Shown: positions 1-13,165, numbered from the whole stretch's first letter. The stretch is 59,825 nucleotides of DNA, filler included, from Basidiobolus ranarum (GCA_040143965.1; 8 parts of 8 records of this genome joined end to end with filler, not necessarily neighbours in it), one strand, 5' to 3'. The notes: a model not told the origin generated them from the sequence alone. Program-made: numbers and translations.

Positions 1-90
1 CTGAGAAAGAGTCTATTAGCAAGACTCTTTGCCTCATAACATTCTTCTAATATAGTCCAAGCCTGATGGGAAGTCTTTGCATATGGCTCT
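1..90 (-). mobile_element. Ty1/Copia gag fragment (decayed)
   Basis: Reverse strand translates to AKTSHQAWTILEECYEAKSLANRLFL, matching the gag fragments at 15239-15490 (AWETLERLHETKRLANKLYL). Confidence 0.65.
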
Positions 91-234
91 TCTAAGTAGC
101 AACATCCCAGGCAGAATGTAAACCACCAATATTGTGATGGTTCTCTCACAGTTTTGCATCAACAATGGTGAATTTGATCCAGATCAAATTGTTTTTATTT
201 TTTAGGGAAAATACACATATTCTGAATAAAAGTT

Positions 235-998
235 TGATCTGTTGGGATATTCAGATGTAAAATGGGGAAGAGATACTGAAGACAGGAGATCTACAGCAGA
301 CACTTATTTCTTTGCTGTAATGGAGCTATTTCTTGGAATTCAAAGAAACAACCACCATAGCACTTTCAGCAACAGAAGCAGAATACATGGCTGCCTGTGA
401 AGCAACAAAAGTGGCAATATGGTTAACAAAACTCTTAACAGATTGAGGATCCTCTCAAAATTTGGCCACTAGAATATTTCAAGATAATCAAAGTTATGTC
501 AAATTAGATAAAAGTCTCACATTTCACAATGGAAGCTAACATTTAGATATTAGACATGACTATATTAGAGATACTATAGAGAATACATTTATTAACTTAA
601 CTTATTGTTCCAGAGAAGACATGAATGCTTATTTTGTAACCAAACCATCAGCTAGACAGATAGTTGAGAAATTTAGACCTTCCTTAGGATTAGTTTATAT
701 AACTATTTAGTGGGAAAGAGTGTTGAAATTAAAATTGCCAAGACACCCAACACTGCTTCCTACAGGCTCCTAAAATAGCTTCACAATTTTTATTTGTTTA
801 GATCTTCAAGCTTGTGCTAGAGACTTCAAACCTGGCATGCATGTTCATGGAACCTCCCTAACTAATTTTACATTTAGCTCACATATGTCCTGATATATCT
901 ATAATTATTAACTCTCCACTTAGTGAAATGATGAGTGAAATATATTACTTCTTCTAGTTCTCTAAATCACTTACAACAGACTCCAAAACATGTTAACA
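235..998 (+). mobile_element. Ty1/Copia RNase H remnant, polypurine tract and 3' LTR (LTR family B, about 721-998)
   Basis: YSDVKWGRDTEDRRST..GAISWNSKKQP..ALSATEAEYMAACEA, with frameshifts and stops. Purine tract TAGTGGGAAAGAG precedes TGTTGAAATT at 721. The LTR ends ...TGTTAACA at 998 and is homologous to the LTR at 58402-58750. Confidence 0.85.
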
Positions 999-3000
999 AT
1001 AGAGATTTCTTACCTGTGCTCAGAGCTACAAGAAGGAGATCCTAACATAATGAGAGTATTGGATTAGCATCAAGGATATCTTGAGAGATGGGGTTATGGT
1101 GCTGGAGAGTTGTTTAATGATTGATTAGCTACAGAAAATTTGGACTTTGAGCAGCAATACTAAAGACAAATTATGTGGTCATATTTGGAGCATCTGAGGG
1201 AAAATCTGGGATCAACTGAGAGTTAACTTGAACGATTTTAAAATTTCAGGTTTAACTTTCCAGAATAATGAATGATTTTGTTAAATATATATTCTGCTTT
1301 TGAACTATGAAATTGCAGACTACATACTGTTGACCAACTCAGATAGGATAGGTGAAAAAGTACGAAGTTGTAACTTTCCATCCGGTGTTTATAACAATGC
1401 TGCTTATTAGATTTGTGGTGAAAGCATCCAGTTACAGCCTTAGATGGGGACCAGAAAAGAGCATTGTTGATAATATACTTTGGAGTAAAGTGGAATCAGC
1501 ACCAGTTCAATGAATGATATTGGAAAGAAGCAACTGAACGTTGAAGAATTAGAATACAAGTTTCTTGCAATAACATTCAAGTTAAATGGGACGTAATTTG
1601 AAATTCCTTGATCAGCCTTTAGCTTATGTTACCTATGGTACTTAGCAATAGAATCAAAGCCTAAAGTATAGGAGTAATCCCGTAATTTTAGCTAGACCAT
1701 CAACTCTGGCCTCAACAAATTCACTATTTTGAATAACATGGCTTTTGAATGCTTTGTAGCAGTGACAAATATTTGTTCAGCACAAAATATAACAAGTTTG
1801 GTACTAATCAGGTTAGTTATGGTGCCAAATACCAGGATAATCTTGGGTAAGACAAGTATCTTTGCAGGCAGTATATTAGTGACCTCATAAATAATGTTTT
1901 GCCAAATGCTCGTGTGCAAAAGCGTCTATTGGAAGCACTAGAGAAACAAAAATAATGGCTTAGCTTCCATACATTAGTTGGCTCCAATTGGGTAATACAA
2001 CCTCGGGCTAACTCTGACAAATGCTGCATCTGCGGGATCATTGAGCTGTTCAGCTCATCTCAATAAAGAGATCAGCAAACAGTGCATAATTAGAGCAAGT
2101 GTCATAGCCGACAAAAGGATCCTGTACCGTTACTCTCGGTGGTATTGAAAGTTACTTTGGATCCATGTACTGATACAAATAAATAGATTTTCGTCGAGAT
2201 TAACAGCATAATCCTAAGCTTACTACTGATTCTATACAATAATTTACCAGGCTTGTACTGCCCGTCAAGTAATGGACAATGAATTGAATAGAGATTATTG
2301 ATTTTATTCGGTAGTTAAATCGACACATGGTCAATGCCATAGTGCTTTACTATCTAGAGAGGCTAGGCACACATTGGTGACCAATCTTTCCAATTGCTGA
2401 CAGTTTATCATACTAAACTCAAGAACGCCACTTAAATCACTTTACGAACGCACATCACGCTACAATCTCGAAATCAAGCTTGAAATTCCAGTACATTTCA
2501 TCAAGATAAACAATTATTCCGGAATGAACTTATACCAGATTACTCATATTGGATGATAATTTCTGATACGATCCATATGTATATATGAATTTCCATTCAA
2601 ACTAGAATCAGCAAGAATATTGGTACCTAATTGAGTTGGATGGATCATATTTTGTCATTCACCAATCTGGTGATAACGCTTTCTATATGTAAATGAAGTA
2701 TCACGACTCTAGTATCATGATGCTATTTAAATACATGGCTAATGAATTAGTACAGTTTAAGCAAGGCAAGCTATTTTCAAATGTGGAGCTTTTACAGAAG
2801 AAAATTCGATATACACCAAGTTGTATGTTCCAATCTAGTAAAAGGAAGATTGGGCACGCAAATCTCAAACCACTAAGAATAGAAAGATAACATCAAGCAT
2901 CCACCGAAAGATTCATACTATGGCAACTTAATTTCCTCTAGTTTTGACAACAGGCCTATTATTCAGCAGTCGTAGTAATTCCCATTCCTTTTATTAAGAT

Positions 3001-3553
3001 GATAAGTTCAAATTATTCAGCCCAGTATCGAGTTTAGTGGCCACTCTTACTGTCTCTCAAGTATCATCTGCTCCTGAAAATGAATTTGTCCACTCATGGA
3101 TTGTTTCCAGGTGATGTAACCTACTATGATCCTAGTTTAGGTGCTGGTAATGTTGCCTCAGGTCCTATTAAGTTGATTGCAGTGTTGAATGCTCTGCAGT
3201 TTGGTATTTATTCTACACTGATGAGCAGTCCAGCTTGCTCTGGCTGCGCTATGGTTTAAGGTCTGAAAGGTAGTGTGAAAATTAATACTATTGACCAATG
3301 CACGTCTTGTAAGCATGATATTCTTGATCTAAGCCCCGTCGCCTTGGATTGAAGCACTCATCAGGTTCGAGGTCGCGTTACAATAACATGGAGTTATGTC
3401 ACGTGCGGCGGTGGCACAGAATCACCAGTAAAGACAGCACAGCCTTATCCAGAGGACCGAAAACATGTCTCCGATATACAGATATCGAATGATAAATGTT
3501 ATAGCAATAGTAGTCAAGAATCTTGCGAGCCAAGTGCTACTACTGAACCATAG
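3001..3553 (+). pseudogene. Expansin-like/loosenin RlpA double-psi beta-barrel secreted protein, pseudogene
   Basis: Frame from 3110 reads GDVTYYDPSLGAG...ACSGCAMV*GLKGSVKINTIDQCTSCKHDILDLSPVALD*...GRVTITWSYVTC. In-frame stops at 3257 and 3350. The signal-peptide-like segment (KFKLFSPVSSLVATLTVSQVSSAP) is in another frame. Not in the ORF track. Confidence 0.8.
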
Positions 3554-3849
3554 ATATATACTAGCTCTTCTACGAAGTGTGAAATCAACTTTTCTTGTGG
3601 TTATTGAGAGCCTTCAACTTCGAAATTTGCCATCCATTGCTGCATTAATCAATCAGAGTCAATAGCTATACAGAGCTAACATTTTGATGTCATTGGTGCA
3701 AACGATGATCATTTGTCAATCAAGCAAGATCTAACATTTTGGGGCAAGAGTTCTGGATCAGAGTCACCTGAGTGATATCAGAATGTATCCTTAAATATGG
3801 CCAACCTAGATATATAAGGGAAAGTGAAAATTAACTCCTTGATTCTTCC

Positions 3850-5141
3850 ATGATGTATCAATATATCAAAAGGTCCATCATTAGTATCCGGCATTGGAGC
3901 GTACAACTTTCCAACCCATTTACTTCACATAAGTGGACTTTACTTGAAAGTCAAGAAGAGCACCATTCTGGAAAGCAGCTACATTTATGTCTGAGACGTA
4001 GAAATATAGTAATTGGCCTCTTAGTAATCCTATATTGTGTTGCTCTAGGGGCCTACCTTCTTAGATTCAAGTATTTTCGCCCTCGGGACTGGGTTACAGG
4101 AGCTCGTAATCCTCTTATTGGAGAGCCCTGGTTTGTTTCCAAAGAGGTTCTCGCATTTAGAAAGTCATATCCACCTCAGGAATATAACATCAATACCCCT
4201 TCCTTAACATATATATTGGAAGGCTGTAGTGCAGGATTCGGAAGCTATATGAACAATCTTTTCAACTTATTCCTAGTTGCCCTGGATAATGATCTTTCCT
4301 TCCATATTATATCACTTGATTGGTGTTATGTTTCCTGGTCGACATTTTTTCAAGACTACACTAGTAATTCTCCCGCACCTATAGGATTGGGCGAGTATCA
4401 TGGGGCTCACAAGTGGTGGAATACACCTGAATGGGAGCTTACAGATGTTAACTCAACCAGCTTTAAGGGTCATATCACTGTGCACCACAGGTATATAAAC
4501 TTTAACGAGTTATATAATGTGCAAGCAAAAAAGGTCAGAGAGCCAGTTCTTGAAGAAAAAAGATTGTGGCACAAGCATTGTGGGAGCCCAAGCCTTTAAT
4601 CAAAGATGTTATCCTGAAAATACAGAAGCTTTACGTTGAGGGGCCCAACAAGGTGTTCATTTCGATGCATATCCGCCGTGGAGATAAGCTTTGGTATGAG
4701 GCAAAGGAGCTTCCAATTAAACTGTATTCTGATAAGGTTAAGAGTTTAGCTGACAGTAAGTATTCTGGGAGAGATATCTCACTTTTTGTGCTCTCCGATG
4801 ATGACAAATCGGTTGCTGCACTGCGAGCTTTACTACTTGACAACCCTAAAATTCGAGTTTTCACCTTGGCTGATGCCTTTAGCCAGCATCCTGATCTCAC
4901 AAAAGACTGGAAACCTCTTGAGCAACGAGTAGGCTATGACCAAGACAACTTTATTCAAGCTGATAAGGAATATCAATATTCTCAAACAGCTGAGTCTATC
5001 GCCGACATTACACTAGCAGCTACAGCTGATGAATTTATTTGTACTTTCTCATCAAATATAGGACGGCTGATTACTATACTTCGAACACAGCCTATTGACA
5101 CTGTACATAGCATGGATTGGCCAGAATGGAGAATGAATTAA
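3850..5141 (+). CDS. Alpha-1,6-fucosyltransferase-like (GT23/FUT8/NodZ-type) type II membrane glycosyltransferase, split by a 1-nt frameshift
   Basis: N-terminal TM anchor NIVIGLLVILYCVALGAYLL and a GFGS motif. Fucosyltransferase motifs HIRRGDK, FVLSDD and FICTFSSNIGRL lie in the overlapping ORF 4566-5141. One extra A in the A6 run at 4556-4561 fuses the two ORFs (EEKKIVAQALW). Confidence 0.8.
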
Positions 5142-7411
5142 TCCCTCGGATATGAGGCTATATTGCTCCAAGATATGACCCCAACCTTACATCTGCACTG
5201 AGACATTTTTACCACCATTTTTATTTTATATATAGCTATCTTGTTGTGGGAGCTAGAGTATGCCTAACTTAGGCTCTAATCAGTATGAAGATCATAACGT
5301 ATTGGAAACTAATATGACAATAAATTCAACCATTTATTCAATTTTGAAACATGAATAGCAAGTTCTATTTGGATATTGGCTCTGTTATGTTGTCCACCAA
5401 CGAATAGGTTGAGCAAGATGAATTTTCTCGTGTTGCATCATTTGTATACAAGCATCATGGGCTACTAGCCACATTACTTTCATTAAGTGTATTCTAAGTC
5501 GGTGTAACTGGTAGATAGTTTCACATGCGGTAAGTGCTGCTGAAGTGCGATTATTGTAACTGACAGTTATCGTAATAATCAGTAAGAAACATCAAATGTA
5601 GGATTCTGAGAGCGTAAATACCATATTTGGGATGCTAAATGATATATTAACGCTGTTACGACCGCTATATATGCATATAACAGAGAAATTTGAAGACACC
5701 TTTGCACAAATGTGGGACTATTTGGGTGGTTTCTCATCACTCGATTGATATCAAAATGGTTGTTTATATAAAATCAGGCCATACATTAGAGAATGCGGAA
5801 AAAGGAACATAAAGATGTAGAGGCTAACCGTAAGTGCTCATTCATGATTTACTTATTATTGATCATATTTTAATGGGTAAATTGAGGAATTTAGGAGGTT
5901 GATCCTATTTTGCAGCGACCTGATCCCAGAGTTCAAAAGGCAGTTGAAAGTATTTAACTGATATTTGGAACATGCAGAATAAATGCATCCAAGTTGTATC
6001 TCTTATACAGCATCGAGACAAGTACTTTCTCCATCTGTCAATGATGTTTCAAGCATGCCCGTCAATTCCAGTATTGACATCACAAGTGATCATTTGCTCA
6101 GGCTAAAATTTTCTACCTTTCCTGGGTCCTTACGGCTAGTGCTCTTCCTAGTTGGCTTATGCAAACCATATTCCTTTACTGACGTCCTCTGAGACCAAAG
6201 TAGGGTTGTAGCCATGTCCAAGTCTGCGAGTTTATACTCCCAGCGGTCAGAACAACTATAAATAAGATACCTCTTTGATACTTGTATCATGAGGTCACGA
6301 CTTTCCCTACCAATCAGAAATTCCTTAGAAATACGCAATAGGTTCGAATTATAACTATGAATAGATGGATTGTTAATCCTTTAGCATTTGATTCGTGATT
6401 TATAATGCAGAGGATTCCCCTACGGCAATTTACTTCTCAAACTTTAGGTTACCCCTCTGTTTTATTTACCGAAGTTTGAAGAGAAAAGTGCTCCTAAAAT
6501 GGGATCCAACGCTATTTTGTAAGCATAAAATCGGACTGTCAATATTTACAAATTGACTACTAGAAGATGAATTCAATCGATCGATTTTGCTTCAGAAGCT
6601 TCAGTTGCGCAGCAATCATTTTTACTTTCGAACAAACTGATTCGCGTCGGATATTGATGTTAATACATATTTGTCTAATCCTATGACTCGTTTAACTTAT
6701 CAAAGGTTACTACACAATAGGGGCGATAAAGTTGAAGCCTGAAATGTGGAAAGGCGGAAACGCCATAGAGGTGGCTAGAATCCATCATATTCCTAAAAAC
6801 TATGATATTTTGGAGAGTAGTAAAGTGTAGAGGGTTAAAGAGGAAAAAGCTAGGTATATATGGAATATTTACGGTGTGGACATCACTACTCACTATACGA
6901 GCTTTGACTGCTTTATCCTATTGGTTGCAAAAGGTTTACGTGAAATGAAGATGTCATAGATTCACTGACAATATTAACCAAGTCATCAGCCCTAGTCATT
7001 AGCAGTAAATAAAAGAATATTTCTATTTACCAAAATTCGACCTGCTTCAGATAGCATTAATGATAGGATAGATATAATCTTCATAATAAACAATCCTAAT
7101 GAGATCTTTGAGCCACTTTATATACCTCATTCAGAATGGACCTGATGAGGAACCAAATGATGGTACCAAAAGACTAGTTAACAAGAGATAATATAATCAT
7201 CACATCTAGTACGAAGCTTACTCATCAGACATTGAAGATTGTTTTTATTGCCAATATAATGGCTTTATTTGGTTTTACTATAGAGCCTTCGATTCATCAA
7301 TTAGATGTGGAGATCCTCTCTACTTGTGGCTTTAGCAGGTGCAAGTATGATAAGCTATACCCGCATTGTCGATATAAGCGAGAGGAGATGAATGTAAGAG
7401 TGCTACACAAG

Positions 7412-7511
7412 NNNNNNNNNNNNNNNNNNNNNNNNNNNNNNNNNNNNNNNNNNNNTTAATTAATTAANNNNNNNNNNNNNNNNNNNNNNNNNNNNNNNNN
7501 NNNNNNNNNNN
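7412..7511. other. Artificial contig linker (N44-TTAATTAATTAA-N44)
   Basis: Identical 100-bp spacer with stops in all six frames, also at 14920-15019, 22420-22519, 29916-30015, 37405-37504, 44884-44983 and 52356-52455. Confidence 0.99.
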
Positions 7512-10500
7512 ATATGTCAAACAGGAAAGATTGGTTTTTCAGCTTAAAACCAATCCAAACAAGGAAACTCTACTTAGGTGATGACTTTGCACTAGATGCA
7601 GTTAGTAAGGGCACAATTGTACTCAATTTGGACCAAAATTTAGCTACACCATCTGCAAAATTAGATGATGTAATCTATGTAGCAAATACAGCCAAGAATC
7701 TACTCTCAGTAAGCCAAGCAACAACTCAAGGATTACATTTTGTGTTCAGTAAGGATGGATGCACTATCACAGATCAGAATAATACCAAATTAGCTACTGG
7801 AACAAAACTCAAAACTTATACAAGCTAGATCTCAGCATATTGCATTCTGAGCATGCAAACTTGGCCAAAACTGGTGAAATAAGTTGTCAAACATGGCATG
7901 GAAGCTTAGGCCATATTGAGGAGCACTAACTGACCAAAATGATCCAAAATCAGCTTGTTTCAGGCTTGGAAATTGGAAATATCACTAAATTGGATCTGTG
8001 TGAAGGTTGTATATATGGAAAACATCACAGACAGCTGATTTCAAGCTCTGGAAAGATCAAATCCACTCAGAATTTTTCCCTGATTCAAACTGATCTATGT
8101 GTGCCCATGAAAAACAACTCACTGGGAGGGTAAAGGTACTTTATGACCTTTGTTGATGACAAAACAAGATATGCTTGGGTATTCTTTCTCAAATCCAAGT
8201 CTGCAGCCTTAGCTATGCTCAAGCACTACAAAGCAATGGTAGAGAAAGAATCAGCACAAAAAAAAGGGGTACTAAGGAGTGATAATGGTGGAGAATACTG
8301 CTCTAAGGACTTTGCTAGTTTTTCCTTTAAACATGGAATTAAGCAACAAACTACTGTACCTTATACTCCACAGCAAAATTGAGTTGCAGAACATGCCAAT
8401 AGGATCATATTGGAGATGGCAAGATCAATGTTACACGCTCAAAATTTAGATTACCAATAATGGGCTGAATCTGTTTCCACTGCAGTCTATAGCAAAAACA
8501 GATGCCCAACAAGATTGCTACAAAATTCTACTCCATTTGACGCCCTATATGGATCAAACCCAAGTGTGGATCATCTCAGGATCTTTGGTTGCATGGCATG
8601 TTGCCAAATTCCAGCTCAAAAATGTTCAAAATTGGAACCTAAAAGCAGAAAATGTATATTTATTGGTTACTGTGATGGATCCAAGGCCTACAGACTGTTT
8701 GATACCAAAAATCAGAAGTAATTAAGTGCAGAGATGTGACTTTTGATGAAAAAGCAAATTTTTCACCTCAAATCACAGTTCTTGATCCAGAAAACACTAT
8801 CAGCACTATTCAGGAAGTGTCTGACAAAATATTAGCTGATTCTGAGCCCTATTCATCCAAAATCTCAGTCCCAATTACATCAAAGGATGATTCAGGACCC
8901 AGAAGATCATCCAGAAGAAGAAATAAGCCAGGAAATTGGTGGAACACTTCCAATGTAGATGTATATGCTTATGCAGCATTCTGTGACAAGCCACAGACTC
9001 TAGATCAAGCTTTTGAGTGTCCAGAAGCAAGATTATGGGCAATAGAAATGTCAGATGAGTTTTCTTCACTTCAGGACAATATAACATGAGTTTTAGGTCC
9101 TCTTCCAACAGGGAGAAAGCCAATAGGTTGCTAATGGGTCTACAAAGTCAAAACCAGGCTGATGGAAACAAACAAAGGTACAAACCAAGATTAGTTGCAA
9201 CAGACTGTTCCCAGACCCCAGGAGTTGATTTTAATGAAACCTTTGTGCCAGTAGCTAAGTTCAGCTCCATTAGATCAATCCTGGCACTCTCAGCCATCCA
9301 TAACCTTAATTTACATCAAATGGATGTAACAACAGCGTTTCTGAATGGAAATCTAGAAGAAGAGATCTATATGGGATTACCAGATGGATTTGTTGACCCA
9401 AAACATCCTGATATGGTCTGTAAACTGCAAAAATTACTATATGGACTCAAGCAAGCACCCAAGGCATAGTACAACCAGTTAGATACCTATTTGGAATCTC
9501 TGGAATTCCACAAATGCACAGCTGATCACAGTATTTACATCAAACCAACCAAAAATAGGATGCATATCTTGGCACTATATGTGGATGACTCAATAATAGC
9601 CACAAATGATCTAGAAGCATTCAATCAGACAAGAAGTAGTTTATCAGACCAATTTCAGATGACTGATATGTGTGACATAAGTTATTTTGTTGGAATCCAA
9701 ATTAAGAGAGATAAACCCAATCAGAAAATCATGCGGAATCAGTCTAGATACATCTTAGACATCCTAAAACACTTCAACATGAAGGATAGCAAGCCTATAT
9801 CAACACCAAAGGATCCCAATGTGAAATTAATTAAAATGTGATCCAATTTGGCCCAAAATGACTCAAATCAAAGCCTGAAGTTCCCTTATCAATCCATGGT
9901 TGGTAGTTTAAAGTATACAATGGTTGGAACACATCCAGACATTGCTGTGGCTGTGGGAACTGTCAGGCAATATCTCAAAAATCCAGGATCTGAGCACAAA
10001 ACTACAGTAAAACAAATATTCAGGTATTTGAGAGGAACCATAGATCTAGTTCTGGAATACGCTGCCACTCATGATGCACAAAATTTGAAGGCTTCAGTGA
10101 TGCAGACTGGGGAAGAAACCTTGATGACAGAAGATCAACAACTGGACTCTCTTTTCTCTATGGTAATGGAGCCATAACTTGAAATAGTAACAAGCAACCA
10201 ACCATATCACTTTCCACTACAGAAGCAGAGTAAATAGCTGCCTCTGCTACTAAACATGAAGCTATGTGGTTAAGGAAGTTACTTATAGACTTAGGATACA
10301 TGCAAAAACATGCTATTACTGTATTGGAAGATACTCAAAGTTGTATTTCTTTAGCTAAAAACCCTACATTCAATGCTACAACAAAACATACAGATATTAG
10401 GCATCATTTTGTTAGAGAAACAATGAAGAATGATATAATTGAACTTCTCTATTGCCCTACTGAAGAAATAATAGCAGATATTTTAACCAAACCTTTAGCT

Positions 10501-10923
10501 AAAGCACAATTGAAATTATTAAGATATAAGTTAGGTTTAAGAGAAATACAGAAGAATTAGTTGAGTGGGAATGTTGAAATTAGGTAAATAGCAACTCATT
10601 ATATGATAGTTGGTTTATTCATATTTGGATTATTTAGCACTCAATTCTGTCATTAAAAAACGTGTGTTTATTGCTCTAATTGATAGAAATATCAATTAGA
10701 TCACTTTTACCAATTTTCACTATTTTCTCAAAACTTCTCCAAATCCCCTCAAATTTTAACCCATGCTTAACAGGTATGTTTGTTATGATCTAAGCATGTC
10801 CAATAGTCCTAATTCATAGTAAATTCTAAATAGGACATATTCAATTCAATAAAACTTAAGTGTCTAATTCACAAATCCAACTCTTGTCCAAATCACTTCC
10901 AAATCCCATAAATACTTTTATCA
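7512..10923 (+). mobile_element. Decayed Ty1/Copia element: protease-integrase-RT-RNase H, PPT and 3' LTR
   Basis: Fragmented ORFs in Copia order: CEGCIYGKHHR; TFVDDKTRY..LRSDNGGEY..TPQQN (integrase); [20 protein letters not shown] and LYVDD (RT); TKHTDIRHHFVRE..ADILTKPL (RNase H). PPT TTGAGTGGGAA precedes the LTR at 10572-10923. Confidence 0.95.
10572..10923 (+). repeat. Copia LTR, family A (about 350 bp)
   Basis: TGTTGAAATTAGGTAAATAGCAACTC...TACTTTTATCA, with TG..CA ends. At least 7 further copies occur in the window. Confidence 0.9.
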
Positions 10924-11264
10924 AAAATCCCTTAAACACTTTTAGCAAATCCAGGCTATTACAAGGGTCAATTTGTACCAAAATGTGATGAATTTTGCTT
11001 AATTTCACATCAGAAACCATTGGTGCTGAAACAGACTGGCTATTACTCTTTTTAAACCATTGTAAAAGATCCACTATCTCTTTATACTAACACAGCATGA
11101 TTTCAATTATGGTTCTTCTTTCTTGATTTGGATTATAAGTAATTAGAACAAACACTCATATCAGTCATGTGAAATTGAATTGATTAGTAGATTTTTGTCT
11201 TCATGAGAATAAGGAGACATACGCCAGGTTTATATTAAATACAGGAAAATTAGTAGAGTTAGAA

Positions 11265-11721
11265 TGTTGAAATTAGTTTTATAGCAGCACATTAATATGT
11301 AGTTGGTTAAATGATTTTCTGATTATTTAGCACTCAGTTCTGACTCTCCCAAAGGTCCTTGTAGTAATCCATTTGATAGATATATCAAATGAATCATTTC
11401 ACCAATTTGCACTATTTTCTCAATATTTCTCCAAATCACCTCAGTTTTCATCCAAGCTTTACAGGCATGAAGATTATAATCTAAAGTCATTCAATAGTTT
11501 TGTTTGAGTGTACACTTTAGACAATATATAATCTATTCAATTAATCTTAACTGCTGAATTCAAATATCGAAATCTTGTCCAAACACTACCTGCTCACCTG
11601 GATAGTTTTATCTGGTTATGCACCCCAAACTAGCTGTAAAAGGCACATCAACTTGTACTATTAACAATGTTTTTGCATTAGCAAAAAACTTTGATGCCCC
11701 AGAGTTTCACTTTGGAAGTTC
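11265..11721 (+). mobile_element. Family A LTR (11265-11613), primer binding site and start of gag
   Basis: TGTTGAAATTAG at 11265 follows a pol-end/PPT remnant. GGTTATGCACCCC at 11614 is followed by gag-like FDAPEFHFG. It is interrupted by the reverse LTR at 11722. Confidence 0.8.
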
Positions 11722-12335
11722 TGATAAAAGTGTTTAAAGAATTTGGAAGTGTTTTGCACAAGATTTGAATTTGTGAATTAGACACTTCAGTTCTATTGAA
11801 TTGAATATGTCCTATTTATAGTTTACTATGAAATAGGACTATTTGACATGCTTAGATCATAGCAACATGCCTGTTAAGCATGGGTGAAAGTTTGAGGTGA
11901 TTTGGAGAAGTTTTGAGAAAATAGTGAAAATTGGTAAAAGTGATATAATTGATGTTTCTATCAATGAGAGCAATAAACACATGTTTTTGAATGACAGAAT
12001 TGAGTGCTAAATAATCAGAATAAGAATAAACTAACTACTAAACAGTGAGTTGCTATTTACCTAATTTCTACATTCACACCTAACTAATTGTTTTATATAT
12101 CTCTTATATCTAACTTATATCTTAATAATTCAAATTGTGCTTTAGTTAACAGTTTAGTAAAGAGATCAATAATCATTTCTTCAGTAGGGCAATAAACAAG
12201 TTCAATTGTATCATTCTCTATTGCTTCTCTAACCAAATGAGGCCTAATATCTATACATTTTGTGCTAGCATGAGATGTTAGGCTTTTAGCTAAGGAGAAA
12301 TAACTTTGATTTTCCTCATATTTAGTAACAGCATA
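11722..12335 (-). mobile_element. Copia RNase H end plus family A LTR (11722-12072), nested in reverse orientation
   Basis: ORF 12093-12395 contains TKCIDIRPHLVREAIENDTIELVYCPTEEMIIDLFTK. The LTR is the reverse complement of 10572-10923. Confidence 0.88.
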
Positions 12336-12339
12336 GTTT

Positions 12340-12499
12340 GGCGTGTCTGATTGTGTTGGGATAGTGCCATATTGTTCCTTATAGTGTCCGATCAAGTGTT
12401 ATAGGACCCAGCCATGGTAATTGACAGATCGCGCCACATGGTGTACTAGCAGGCTGGATCAAGCAGCACGATCTGACCTGGTCCAATGGAACAAGTCTA
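12340..12499 (-). repeat. Unclassified ~160-bp repeat beginning TAGACTTGTTCCA (probable DNA-element end)
   Basis: The reverse complement aligns along its length with 29066-29223, and its first ~50 bp align with 14361-14409. All three copies start at the same base. Confidence 0.8.
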
Positions 12500-12821
12500 T
12501 TAAGTTAAAATTGCAAGTTCACATCCGGCCAAATCACTCCCTGATCCCCTAAATACTGTAATTAAGATTGCTTGTCAGATACTCTCTGCCTTAACAGCTT
12601 TCAGGTTCTGTACTGATTTGCTTGTTTGGCTCATCAAAGTCCAAGACTCATTATGTACCTTCCTTTTGGACATCACAGATATTACAGATAACTTATTAAG
12701 ACATATTGATTTACCTTACCTAGATGTAGTGCCAAATAGGATCTTAATCTGATGCTATACTTATCCAAGCAGGGTTGTAAAAATAGGCCAGTCTAACTGA
12801 TAAGCCACAATAAGTAATAAC

Positions 12822-13165
12822 TAATAAAAGTGTTTATGGGAATTGGAAGTGTTTTGTATAAGATTTGGATTTGTGAATTAAACACTTAAATTTTATTGAA
12901 GTGAATATGTCTTATTTATAGTTTACTATGAAATAGAACTATTGGATGTGCTTATATCATAACAAATAAACATGGGTGAAACTTTGAGGTGACTTGGAGA
13001 GGTTTTAAGAAAATAGTGAAATATGAAAAAGGTGATCTAATTGATATTTTCTATCAGTTAGAACAGTAAACACACATTTTTCAATGACTAATTTGAGTGC
13101 TAAATAATCTAGATATGAATAAACTAACTAATAAATAATGAGTTGCTATTTACCTAATCTCAACA
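12822..13165 (-). repeat. Solo family A LTR with a 5-bp target-site duplication
   Basis: Full LTR homology. Flanks are ATAAC (12817-12821) and ATAAT (13166-13170). No adjacent PBS or PPT. Confidence 0.8.

Noticed and set aside
1200-2900. Short ORFs 1692-1919, 1817-2041 and 2693-2890
   Set aside because: No recognisable motifs or consistent splice structure; possibly decayed gene or TE sequence.
4527-4533. In-frame A_AAA_AAG slippery heptamer as a programmed -1 frameshift joining the fucosyltransferase ORFs
   Set aside because: The -1 frame meets TGA at 4551-4553 before reaching the second ORF. Only an indel at 4556-4561 fuses them.
5880-6340. Possible protein-kinase relic on the minus strand (YKLADLDMA; *SLVMSILELTG)
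   Set aside because: Only two weak motif echoes; no HRD, DFG or APE, and multiple stops. Not supportable without a search.
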